DNA of 64,000 nucleotides from an uncultured Hyphomonas sp. (GTDB taxonomy: Bacteria; Pseudomonadota; Alphaproteobacteria; Caulobacterales; Hyphomonadaceae), in the NCBI GenBank assembly GCA_964556825.1, contig CAZKXJ010000002.1, positions 362,844-426,843 of the forward strand, read 5' to 3'. Made by a program: the position numbers and the translations under genes. The notes under the pieces were generated by a model that did not search any database, was not told the origin of the DNA, and saw nothing but the letters and a program-made list of their open reading frames with translations. Positions within the stretch are counted from its first letter, which is position 1. Every line of letters begins with the position of its first letter. Positions 1-7,604 of this stretch are shown here, one piece after another.

Positions 1-119
1 AGGCCTGGAAAGGCCGAAAGGTGCGCGTCGGACTGCTCTATACCGACGGCCCGAAACTGTTCGATCTCAGCGAAACCCTATTGCAGAACTCACGCGACCG
101 TTTAGCTGGCAGCGTTTGA
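1..119 (+). CDS. 3' end of a gene running off the left edge (frame 3: ...AWKGRKVRVGLLYTDGPKLFDLSETLLQNSRDRLAGSV*); possibly the C-terminus of helicase-nuclease AddA
   Basis: My own translation: frame 3 is open from nt 3 to TGA at 117-119. It is absent from the ORF track because there is no start codon in the window. addA upstream of trxA is a common alphaproteobacterial arrangement (from memory). The tail is too short to prove identity. Confidence 0.35.
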   Translation, partial: AWKGRKVRVGLLYTDGPKLFDLSETLLQNSRDRLAGSV

Positions 120-173
120 AGAATCCTGAGACACCCTATCTATAAGGCTCAAGAACGAAAGAAGGAGGCACTC

Positions 174-491
174 ATGGCCGCCGAAAATATTACTGATGAT
201 GATTTCGATGCCGCTATTGCTGGCAGCACGCCGGTGATTGTGGACTTCTGGGCCGAATGGTGTGGCCCGTGCAAACAGATGTCGCCCCACCTCGAAGCCG
301 TCGCTGAAGAGCTGGCCGGCAAGGTGAAGGTCGCCAAGATCAATGTCGACGAGAACCCGATTGCCCCATCCAAATTCGGCGTACGCGGCTTGCCGACGCT
401 GATGATTTTCAAGGATGGCAAGGTCACCGCGACCCATCTCGGCGCGATGTCGAAACAGCGCATCGCAGAATGGATCAAGGAAAGCGCCTAA
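174..491 (+). CDS. trxA: thioredoxin
   Basis: 105 aa with the FWAEWCGPCK active site and classic thioredoxin length and layout. AAGGAGG SD lies 5 nt upstream. Confidence 0.97.
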   Translation: MAAENITDDDFDAAIAGSTPVIVDFWAEWCGPCKQMSPHLEAVAEELAGKVKVAKINVDENPIAPSKFGVRGLPTLMIFKDGKVTATHLGAMSKQRIAEWIKESA

Positions 492-516
492 GTCCGCTTT
501 TCGAACCCAAGCTTGA

Positions 517-551
517 AGCCCGCCCGGTCCGCCGCGGCGGGCTTTTTCTTT
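517..551 (+). terminator. rho-independent terminator after trxA
   Basis: 8-bp GC-rich stem (aagcccgc / gcgggctt) followed by tttttcttt. Confidence 0.7.
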
Positions 552-660
552 GCCGATGGGCTTCGCCGCCCCCGTGGCTCCCCCTCCGTCACCCATCGAC
601 TCGCCCGGCCCGCGGGCCTATTCCTTGGGCAAAACAACACACCATCCGGAGGACACACCC

Positions 661-1449
661 ATGGAGCCGTACCAGCCCCTTTCCCGCTCGATCGCAGGCA
701 AGACCGCCCTCGTCACAGGTGCCGCTTCCGGCATGGGCCGCGCCACCGCGCACCTCTTCGCCCATGAAGGCGCAAATGTCGCCGTGACGGACCTCAAACA
801 GGACGCCGTCGACAAGGTGGTCCAGGAAATCAAGGATGCTGGCTTCGAGAATGTCCGGGGCTGGGCGATGGACGTTTCCGACGCCGCCACCATCAAGCGC
901 GTCGTGGACGAAGCGGCAGCGCATTTCGGTGGGCTGGAAATCCTCGTCAACAATGCCGGCTTTGCCATCCCGGCTGATGTTGCTGAAGAGTCCTATGAAG
1001 ACAGCTGGGGCCCGTCCATCAATGTGATGCTGACCAGCCACCAGCGCGCCATTCGCGCCGCCCTGCCCTATATGCGCAAGGCCGGCTTTGGCCGCATCGT
1101 CAATGTCGCCTCGACCGAGGGCCTTGGCGCGACCCCCGGCAACAGCCCCTATGTCGCCGCCAAACATGGCGTGATCGGCCTGACGCGCGGCCTCGCTACA
1201 GATCTTGGCCGCGATGAAGCCGACATCACCGTCAACTGCATCTGCCCCGGCCCGATTCGCACCGGCATCACGGCCGGCATCTCCGAAGAACACAAGACCA
1301 TCTACGCCAAACGCCGCGTGCCCCTGAGGCGCTATGGCATCCCCGAAGAAGTCGCCAACATGACGCTCTCGGTCGTCCTCCCGGCCGCGAGCTTCCTCAA
1401 CGGCGTCCACATCCCCGTAGACGGCGGCCTGACGATCAAGAACGCTTAG
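661..1449 (+). CDS. short-chain dehydrogenase/reductase (SDR) family oxidoreductase
   Basis: Contains TGAASGMG (TGxxxGxG), NNAG and YVAAKHG (YxxxK). The track start at 550 lies inside the trxA terminator. I moved the start to ATG 661, which is preceded by GGAGGA. Confidence 0.9.
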   Translation: MEPYQPLSRSIAGKTALVTGAASGMGRATAHLFAHEGANVAVTDLKQDAVDKVVQEIKDAGFENVRGWAMDVSDAATIKRVVDEAAAHFGGLEILVNNAGFAIPADVAEESYEDSWGPSINVMLTSHQRAIRAALPYMRKAGFGRIVNVASTEGLGATPGNSPYVAAKHGVIGLTRGLATDLGRDEADITVNCICPGPIRTGITAGISEEHKTIYAKRRVPLRRYGIPEEVANMTLSVVLPAASFLNGVHIPVDGGLTIKNA

Positions 1450-1452
1450 GAA

Positions 1453-1484
1453 CCTTCCCCTCTCCCGATCACGGGAGAAGGGAG
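1453..1484. repeat. REP-like hairpin (ccttcccctctcccg-atca-cgggagaagggag)
   Basis: About 12-bp stem with one mismatch and a 4-nt loop, directly after the SDR stop codon, with no T-run. It resembles the cccctctcccg...cgggagagggg palindromic elements scattered in many alphaproteobacterial genomes (from memory). Confidence 0.55.
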
Positions 1485-1523
1485 CGCGCCTTACTTCCTC
1501 TCGACAGAACCAACCCCTGCCCT

Positions 1524-1559
1524 GTCATCCCGGAAGCGCCAGAGGCGCTATCCGGGACC
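1524..1559. repeat. REP-like palindromic element, copy 1 (gtcatcccgg...ccgggacc)
   Basis: Folds into a 13-bp stem with one bulge. It shares both termini with the inverted copy at 1587-1622. Confidence 0.6.
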
Positions 1560-1586
1560 ATCACCTGCCGCAGGTAAACACAACTG

Positions 1587-1622
1587 GGTCCCGGCCCTCC
1601 GCTATGCTACGGCCGGGATGAC
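1587..1622. repeat. REP-like palindromic element, copy 2 (inverted: ggtcccgg...ccgggatgac)
   Basis: Its reverse complement starts gtcatcccgg and ends ccgggacc, like copy 1, but the interior differs. It has an 8-bp terminal stem. Confidence 0.6.
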
Positions 1623-1692
1623 GCCCTCATGTGTCGCCTACTTATAGAATGAGTAGCGCGTCGATCAAACAGGCGCAAAAAGGGTTTGACAA

Positions 1693-2502
1693 TCACGATA
1701 CTGGCGGGCCGTCATAGTCATCCGGCGGAGGGGTTCTATTCCAGAGGTCAGCTATGTCTCGGCTGCAAATTTCCATCTGGCGCGCGCCTCTCGAGAACGA
1801 ACCCGGAGGTGTATGTGCAATTCCAGAAAACACATCAACGGCAAGACACAATTTAGGGTCGGCCTCACCATATCCACCCATAAGGTGGCTGCAGTAGGTC
1901 AGGATCAAGCCCGCGACATTCTTGCTTTGATCAATCCTCTTTCTGCTTGACGCTTCTCCTTTCGAGAAAAGAAATATGACACCGCCCACTTTATCGTTTC
2001 CATCTTTTTGCCGCGACCGCACAAGCAAATCCAAGTTAACTGAAACCTTTGTTGGCCAAATCTCCAAATGCGGCTGCCTCTTTGGCAATGCTTCAAAATC
2101 CAGAGCCGCGAAGCCCAATTGATTGTATGACCTTTGAAAGGCTTCAATCGCTTCGATCGAAAGCCGACTATCTCTTTTCACCCAGTCCGAAACGCCCGAC
2201 GTGTTCTCTCGACGCTCCTGTCGGTTTGTAGCTGTAGCTAGATGGTTCAAACTCCGGCTTGCGTCATCAAGAAAATCAATCAATCCTTCACGCGCAGGTT
2301 TATACTGTGCGACTACGGACGTCTTTGGGAATCTGGCGTCTCGACGTATTGCGCGCTGACGCGTAGGAGAGGCTGCTATGTACTCCGCCATTTGGCTTGC
2401 AGAGACCTGCGGGTTTTTGCGGTACGAATATTTTTGAGAGGAAGTCGGCATGGATGATGTTTTCCTATCGACGAGAGTTGGCGGCTCCCGAGTTCTGTGC
2501 AT
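1693..2502 (-). CDS. hypothetical protein (islet ORF A, 252-269 aa)
   Basis: Long ORF in a low-GC segment. Alternative starts are at 2502 (AGGGGA SD) or 2451 (AGGAAA SD). I recognised no family motif. Confidence 0.6.
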   Translation of the reverse strand: MHRTREPPTLVDRKTSSMPTSSQKYSYRKNPQVSASQMAEYIAASPTRQRAIRRDARFPKTSVVAQYKPAREGLIDFLDDASRSLNHLATATNRQERRENTSGVSDWVKRDSRLSIEAIEAFQRSYNQLGFAALDFEALPKRQPHLEIWPTKVSVNLDLLVRSRQKDGNDKVGGVIFLFSKGEASSRKRIDQSKNVAGLILTYCSHLMGGYGEADPKLCLAVDVFSGIAHTPPGSFSRGARQMEICSRDIADLWNRTPPPDDYDGPPVS

Positions 2503-2701
2503 TTCCCCTTTGTCCGGCCAAACCTACAAATCTTCAGGCGCGAAAGGCCTTGGTGGCGAGTACGGATACTTTGTCTATGAGTACGATGAAGCGCACCCAC
2601 ATCTGGGGATCGAAGTTATTGCCAAAGCCGTATCGCTTGAGGCCGCCCACAGGCTGTTTGAACTTTTGTCAGACACGCTTGCGGTCAAAGCTGTAGCCTA
2701 A
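2450..2701 (+). CDS. hypothetical small protein (islet ORF B, 83 aa)
   Basis: GAGGAAG SD lies 6 nt upstream of ATG 2450 and the sequence is protein-like (GYFVYEYDEAHPHLGIEVIAKAVSLEAAHRLFELL). Its start interlocks with the ORF A start, so one of the two calls may be wrong. Confidence 0.4.
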   Translation: MDDVFLSTRVGGSRVLCISPLSGQTYKSSGAKGLGGEYGYFVYEYDEAHPHLGIEVIAKAVSLEAAHRLFELLSDTLAVKAVA

Positions 2702-2716
2702 TTCGGACTGACCTGT

Positions 2717-2926
2717 TCACGCTGGCGGGTTGTCAATCACCTCCTTCAACGCGCTTATCGCTGCCTCAATCGCAAGCTTGCGTAGCTCAGATTCCTTTTG
2801 ATCGCCTGGCGGGTTGCAAGTCAGACCATGAATGTGAACCGCAGCTTTCGACGGCAGTTGAAATGCTATGTTGCACTTATTGTTCACTAGGTCGGGCTTC
2901 AGCATCATAAGTTTAACATCACTCAT
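2717..2926 (-). CDS. hypothetical small protein (islet ORF C, 69 aa)
   Basis: AAGGAA SD lies about 7 nt upstream of the ATG. The region is low-GC and I recognised no family motif. Confidence 0.5.
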   Translation of the reverse strand: MSDVKLMMLKPDLVNNKCNIAFQLPSKAAVHIHGLTCNPPGDQKESELRKLAIEAAISALKEVIDNPPA

Positions 2927-3034
2927 TCTGTATTCCTTTTGTTCATAATTAATCTATCATTGGATGAGTCGCATCACTGAGTCGAGTCTCGATAAAATTC
3001 CTACCGGATAACCCCCACACCCATACTCCGGCCC

Positions 3035-3625
3035 ATGATCCAGATGAGCGGGTTCTTGCGGGAGGGGTTTGGCGCGGTGTCGGCCGCCGTGGCTGAGGCG
3101 GCCGCGCGGGTGAACCTGCATCTGGCGCCGGGCACCATTACCCGCACCGCTGCGCTGCGCCTGCGTGCCAGCCTGGCGCTCACCGAACGCATGGTGCGCC
3201 GCCTGCTTGTCCTGCTGTCTTTCGAGGTTGAGCTCGCCCCGCTGGCCGAACGCACGCCCGCCCCGGCGCGCGAGCGTATGCGGATGCCGTCTGCCCGTGG
3301 CTTCGCCTATTTCAAGGCTGAGCGCTACAATGCGGGCTTTCTCGACACTTGCGCAAACCGGGCCGAGCACCCGCGTCCACGCCCGATTAAAATTGCACCG
3401 CTACTGCACCGCTGGCGTACCCTCACTGCACTCCTCGAAGACCCGTCGCGCGCAGCTCGTCACATGGCGCGGCGGCTCGATCGGCTGCGCAGGGCCGGCG
3501 AGCCAAAGCCCTGGTGCTGGCCGGAAACACGACGCGACCGAATGCCCTACGCCCTCGCTCTCATCGCCGGCATCCTGCCGCAAAAGGTCAACGCCGCGCT
3601 TGCTGGCTGGTATGATTCTGGTTGA
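3035..3625 (+). CDS. hypothetical protein (Arg/Ala-rich, 196 aa)
   Basis: High third-position GC in this frame. Three other long ORFs overlap here and look like GC shadows. No motif recognised. Confidence 0.55.
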   Translation: MIQMSGFLREGFGAVSAAVAEAAARVNLHLAPGTITRTAALRLRASLALTERMVRRLLVLLSFEVELAPLAERTPAPARERMRMPSARGFAYFKAERYNAGFLDTCANRAEHPRPRPIKIAPLLHRWRTLTALLEDPSRAARHMARRLDRLRRAGEPKPWCWPETRRDRMPYALALIAGILPQKVNAALAGWYDSG

Positions 3626-3651
3626 GATCGGGGGAAATTTTCGGTCAAGTC

Positions 3652-3694
3652 CCGCAAATCCGGCAGGGTTTGCGGACGCAGGCGTTCACGCCTG
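3652..3694. terminator. two tandem hairpins in the convergent gap (possible bidirectional terminator, no U-tract)
   Basis: ccgcaaa-N10-tttgcgg (3652-3675) and caggcg-ttca-cgcctg (3679-3694), between the convergent 3035..3625 ORF and folC. Confidence 0.3.
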
Positions 3695-3725
3695 ACCGAA
3701 CGACGGCGCAGAAAGCGCACAATCT

Positions 3726-4991
3726 CTAGTCCGGCAATTCCTCGTTCAGCTCAAGCACTTCGCCCGCGAGATATAATGAGCCGCAAATCAGGATGCGTCC
3801 GGCGCCCGCATTTGCCGCCGCCTGGATGGCCGCGCTGAAACCTGGCTGAGGACTGGCCTCGACGCCGGCTTTTCTGGCTTCAGCCGCGAGGTCTTCTGCG
3901 CTGAAACTGTCGTGTCCGTGGGCGATTTCAGTGGTGAAGACCTGCAGTCCCGGCCGCGCCAGCGCCCCAAAGAAGCCCGCCGCATCCTTGTTGGCGAGCA
4001 TCGCCGAAACCAGCATGGTTCGCCGCTCGCCGGCCTCTGCATCAAGCGAGTCCAGAACGCTCGCCAGCGCCCGCGCCGCATGGGGATTGTGGCCCCCGTC
4101 CAGCCAGACGGGCAAGCCACCTGCCAGCCGGGGAACCGGGCCATCAGACAGGCGCTGCATCCGCGCTGGCCATTTCGCGGTGACGCCGCCGCGCTGGATG
4201 GCTTCAGGGGTGATCGCCTCATGGCCCCAGCACTCAAGGGCTTTTGCGGCCAGCGCAGCATTGGAAAACTGGTGCGCACCGGAAAGGCTCAGCGGCCCCC
4301 GGACGGCGCCAATCTCGTCAGGCGTGAGAAAGGAAACATGCACGTCCAGCTCATCCGCTTCGGCAAGCAGCTGCGCACGCGCTTCCGGCAACTGGATCGC
4401 TGAAACCGCCCGGCATCCGGGCTTCAGGATTCCTGCCTTGTCGCGGGCAATTTTGGTGATGGTATTTCCGAGGAATTGCTGGTGATCGAGGTCAATCGGC
4501 GTGAACACGGAGACGGCATTTCCGGGGATGACATTGGACGCATCGAACCGGCCGCCAAGGCCAACTTCGAGGATGAGGAGATCCGCCGGGATTTCGGAAA
4601 AGGCAAGAAAAGCAGCCGCCTGCGTGGCCTCGAAGAAGGTAATGTCGCGGCCCTCAAGGGCCTTTTCCACGCGCATAAGTATGTCGAGCAGCCCCTCATC
4701 GGAAATCAGCGTTCCATTGAGACGGATCCGCTCATTGAAGCGCACCAGATGCGGCGAGGTGAAGACATGTGCGTCAAGGCCAGCAGCTTCGGCCATGGCC
4801 CTCATGAAAGCGGTCACCGAGCCTTTGCCATTCGTCCCGGCGACATGGATCGTGGGGGGAAGTTTTCGTTCGGGGTTCCCAAGCGCCTCGAGCAGGACAG
4901 TCAGCCTGTCCAGCGTCAGGACACGGTCTTTCGGCTTGAACCGATCGAGCCGCTGCAGCGCCGCCTCGACGGCCCGCCTGGTTTCGCTCAA
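3726..4991 (-). CDS. folC: bifunctional folylpolyglutamate synthase / dihydrofolate synthase
   Basis: Mur-ligase P-loop HVAGTNGKGS about 50 aa from the N-terminus and typical length (421 aa). The TTG start overlaps the accD stop (TTGA). Confidence 0.92.
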   Translation of the reverse strand: MSETRRAVEAALQRLDRFKPKDRVLTLDRLTVLLEALGNPERKLPPTIHVAGTNGKGSVTAFMRAMAEAAGLDAHVFTSPHLVRFNERIRLNGTLISDEGLLDILMRVEKALEGRDITFFEATQAAAFLAFSEIPADLLILEVGLGGRFDASNVIPGNAVSVFTPIDLDHQQFLGNTITKIARDKAGILKPGCRAVSAIQLPEARAQLLAEADELDVHVSFLTPDEIGAVRGPLSLSGAHQFSNAALAAKALECWGHEAITPEAIQRGGVTAKWPARMQRLSDGPVPRLAGGLPVWLDGGHNPHAARALASVLDSLDAEAGERRTMLVSAMLANKDAAGFFGALARPGLQVFTTEIAHGHDSFSAEDLAAEARKAGVEASPQPGFSAAIQAAANAGAGRILICGSLYLAGEVLELNEELPD

Positions 4992-5965
4992 GCTTTCTTG
5001 CCTTTCGGCGGGTCAGCCGGAACATCCGCGGAGGGTGCCTTGACCGGCCCGATAGACGTTGATTCCGAAGCGCGCTTCGGCAGGAGATGCGTCAGCAGGC
5101 GGCCAATCGTGGCTTTCAGCTCTCGCCGGTCGCAGACAATGTCGACCTGGCCTTTCTCGCGCAGGAATTCCGAACGCTGGAAACCATCGGGCAGCTTTTC
5201 GCGAATTGTCTGCTCGATGACACGCGGGCCGGAAAACGCAATCATGGCACCGGGCTCAGCAATATGAACATCGCCAAGCATCGCATAAGAAGCCGACACG
5301 CCGCCCGATGTCGGATCGGTCAACACCACAAGATAGGGGAGCCCGGCATCGCGCACTTCACTGATCGCCAGTGTCGTTCGCGGCATCTGCATGAGGGACA
5401 GCGTGCCCTCCTGCATCCGGGCACCGCCGGAAGCTGTGCAGACGACAAATGCCGCCTTGCGCGCGACAGCCATCTGCGCCGCCGCAATGAACGCTTCACC
5501 AGCCGCCATGCCGAGCGACCCGCCCATGAAGGCGAAGTCCTGGACGAGGATAACGGTCGGCTTGCCGTTCACCCGGCCAAATGCCGCCGCCATGCAATCA
5601 TCCTGTGCGATAGGCGGGCTGGCTTCCGGGCTTTCGTCCTTCTCGCGGCCGGCAATCTTGGATTTGGCGGCCTTGAGGCGCGATGGATAAGGCTTGTCGT
5701 CCTTGAACTTCAGCGGGTCAGCCGTGACGGGCGGCAGCGGGATAGGCTCCCAGCGCTCTTCATCAAAGAACAGGCGGAAGCGGCGGCGCGGCGAGATTCG
5801 CAGATGCGCACCAGCCGGTGTCACGTACCAGCTTTCTTCAAGATCGGATCGATAAACAAGCTCGCCGCTGACCGGACACTTTACCCAGAGATTATCTGGT
5901 GTGTCCTTTTTCGGCGACAGGAAGGTTTTCAAACCCGGCGTGCGGAAATTTGTAAGCCAATTCAT
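4988..5965 (-). CDS. accD: acetyl-CoA carboxylase carboxyltransferase beta subunit
   Basis: MNWLTNF... N-terminus and a carboxyltransferase core (GGSLGMAAGE, GGARMQEG). It sits in the conserved trpA-accD-folC position. Confidence 0.94.
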   Translation of the reverse strand: MNWLTNFRTPGLKTFLSPKKDTPDNLWVKCPVSGELVYRSDLEESWYVTPAGAHLRISPRRRFRLFFDEERWEPIPLPPVTADPLKFKDDKPYPSRLKAAKSKIAGREKDESPEASPPIAQDDCMAAAFGRVNGKPTVILVQDFAFMGGSLGMAAGEAFIAAAQMAVARKAAFVVCTASGGARMQEGTLSLMQMPRTTLAISEVRDAGLPYLVVLTDPTSGGVSASYAMLGDVHIAEPGAMIAFSGPRVIEQTIREKLPDGFQRSEFLREKGQVDIVCDRRELKATIGRLLTHLLPKRASESTSIGPVKAPSADVPADPPKGKKA

Positions 5966-5997
5966 TCAGCGGGACTCCCTGATCTGGTCCGTACTGT

Positions 5998-6819
5998 TCA
6001 CGCTGTGCGCTTCAGCGCCGATGATAACTCTTTCGCCAGCCCACCCATACGCCCGGCTATATCGCCCGGCGCGCCCGACTCAAGAGACAAGCGCACATGA
6101 TCCACGAAAGCAGAGCCTACGACAACCCCATCTGCAATAGCGGCCATTGCAGCAGCTTGTTCCCCGGTTTTCACACCGAAACCGACGCAGACCGGCAATC
6201 CCGATATGCGGCGCGCCATATCGACCCCCGCACGAATATCCTCCGGATCGGCCGAACCTGCACCCGTTACACCAGCCACAGCCACATAATAGAGGAAGCC
6301 GGACGCCCCTTCTGCAACCTTCGCCATGCGCTTTTCATGCGTTGTCGGCGTCGCAAGGCGGATAACGGAAAGACCATGCTTTTCATATGCTTGACGCAGT
6401 TCGTGGTCTTCTTCTGGCGGCAGGTCGACGAGAATCGTCCCGTCAATTCCGGCTTTCGCGGCCTCGTCGGCAAAACGCTCATAACCCATATGGAAGACCG
6501 GATTAGCGTATCCCATCAGGATAAGAGGCGTTTCGCTGTCATCTTCGCGAAACCGTGCCGCCAGCGCGAGAACGTGGCTCAACGTCGTGCCAGCTTTCAG
6601 GCTGCGCTGTCCGGCCATCTGGATCGCCGGCCCATCGGCCATCGGATCGGTGAAAGGCGCGCCAAGTTCGATAATGTCAGCGCCATTGTCGCGCAGCGCA
6701 CACAAGGCCTCATAGCTGGTCTCAACGTCTGGGTCGCCAGCCATCAGATAGGTTACCAGGGCCGCACGGCCTTCTACGCGCACCTTGTCGAAGCGCGCCG
6801 TAATACGGGCAATTGTCAT
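5998..6819 (-). CDS. trpA: tryptophan synthase alpha chain
   Basis: 273 aa with LVTYLMAGDP, ELGAPFTDPMADGP and GFGV motifs. Confidence 0.96.
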   Translation of the reverse strand: MTIARITARFDKVRVEGRAALVTYLMAGDPDVETSYEALCALRDNGADIIELGAPFTDPMADGPAIQMAGQRSLKAGTTLSHVLALAARFREDDSETPLILMGYANPVFHMGYERFADEAAKAGIDGTILVDLPPEEDHELRQAYEKHGLSVIRLATPTTHEKRMAKVAEGASGFLYYVAVAGVTGAGSADPEDIRAGVDMARRISGLPVCVGFGVKTGEQAAAMAAIADGVVVGSAFVDHVRLSLESGAPGDIAGRMGGLAKELSSALKRTA

Positions 6820-6903
6820 GAGCTTCCGCCGATTATGTCTGATTTGACCGGGATAAGGTTCGTAGCCCCAAAATCAAGCCGTCGGTTCATGCAGACAGAA
6901 CAG

Positions 6904-7533
6904 CTAGAACTTAACTTCCACGTGATCATTGGCCCGATGCGCATATTCGTGGTCGCCCAATTCGGCGGGTTTTTCGCTGCCATACGAAACGACTTCCACC
7001 AAACCGGAGTCAACGCCCTTCGATTTCAGAAATTGAGCAACCACATTCGCTCGTTCTTCTCCGAGCGCCATCGCCTCATAGCGGTCACCTCCTCTTCGGA
7101 CATGACCTTCAATCCGAATGCGCCGGACGTCTCGTTGCAGTGTTGTGGCCAAATCCGATAAATGCGCCTTCGCTTCGGCGTTCAGAACCGCTGAGTCCTT
7201 TTCGAAGTTGAAACGGGTGGGGCCGGTATAATCTGCAACGAGGTCGTTGGAGCCGCCGTCCAGCGAAGCAAAGTCAACCTCGCAGACCGACATTGTGTTC
7301 GGCACGGTTGTCCACCACCCACCTGTCCACTGGCCGCCAGCCTTCGCAGCCAATGCGGGACAGACGGTTTGGGCATGGACATTATCCCAGATGGCCCCCG
7401 CCTCCAAAGTCTGGACGCCAGCCTTCGCCGCTGTGGACGCTGCTGGAGCAGGCCCTGGCGGGCTGGCTGTTTCACACGCCGCGAGTGATCCTATTCCCGC
7501 CGCCAATACAATCGCGAATTTCAGGCTTGTCAT
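6904..7533 (-). CDS. OmpA-family (OmpA_C-like) lipoprotein with a Cys-pair N-terminal module
   Basis: Lipobox LAAGIGSLAAC. The C-terminus reads NFEKDSAVL...GH....G...Y...LGEERA..V...L. I moved the start to ATG 7533 (GGGAGGA SD 5 nt upstream); the track GTG at 7548 lies inside that SD. Confidence 0.8.
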   Translation of the reverse strand: MTSLKFAIVLAAGIGSLAACETASPPGPAPAASTAAKAGVQTLEAGAIWDNVHAQTVCPALAAKAGGQWTGGWWTTVPNTMSVCEVDFASLDGGSNDLVADYTGPTRFNFEKDSAVLNAEAKAHLSDLATTLQRDVRRIRIEGHVRRGGDRYEAMALGEERANVVAQFLKSKGVDSGLVEVVSYGSEKPAELGDHEYAHRANDHVEVKF

Positions 7534-7604
7534 TAAACGTCCTCCCACAAACTTCGGGGACGCTAACAGCTGTTGACTGGCGCGACAACGAGCCGGGATG
7601 ACGA

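Noticed and set aside
550-660. Upstream extension of the SDR ORF (track start 550)
   Set aside because: The start codon lies inside the trxA terminator hairpin/T-tract. ATG 661 has a GGAGGA SD and gives a normal SDR N-terminus.
1693-2502. PD-(D/E)xK nuclease idea for islet ORF A (VSVNLDLLV ... GGVIFLFSKGE)
   Set aside because: The acidic residue of the (D/E)xK triad is missing (FSK), and I cannot align further motifs. This is too weak without a profile or structure search.
2722-2816. Exact 11-nt direct repeat ctggcgggttg (2722-2732 and 2806-2816) inside islet ORF C
   Set aside because: Both copies encode N-P-P in frame, 28 codons apart. It is more simply an internal peptide duplication or chance than a regulatory repeat.
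4988-5965. AccD lacks the four-Cys zinc ribbon (KCPVSGELVY...VTPAGAH) and carries an acidic insertion and a C-terminal extension
   Set aside because: To my recollection, loss of the zinc-finger cysteines is usual in alphaproteobacterial AccD, so it is not flagged as unusual.
5087-7161. Plus-strand ORFs 5087..6100 (337 aa) and 6097..7161 (354 aa)
   Set aside because: They are antisense shadows of accD, trpA and the ompA-like gene.
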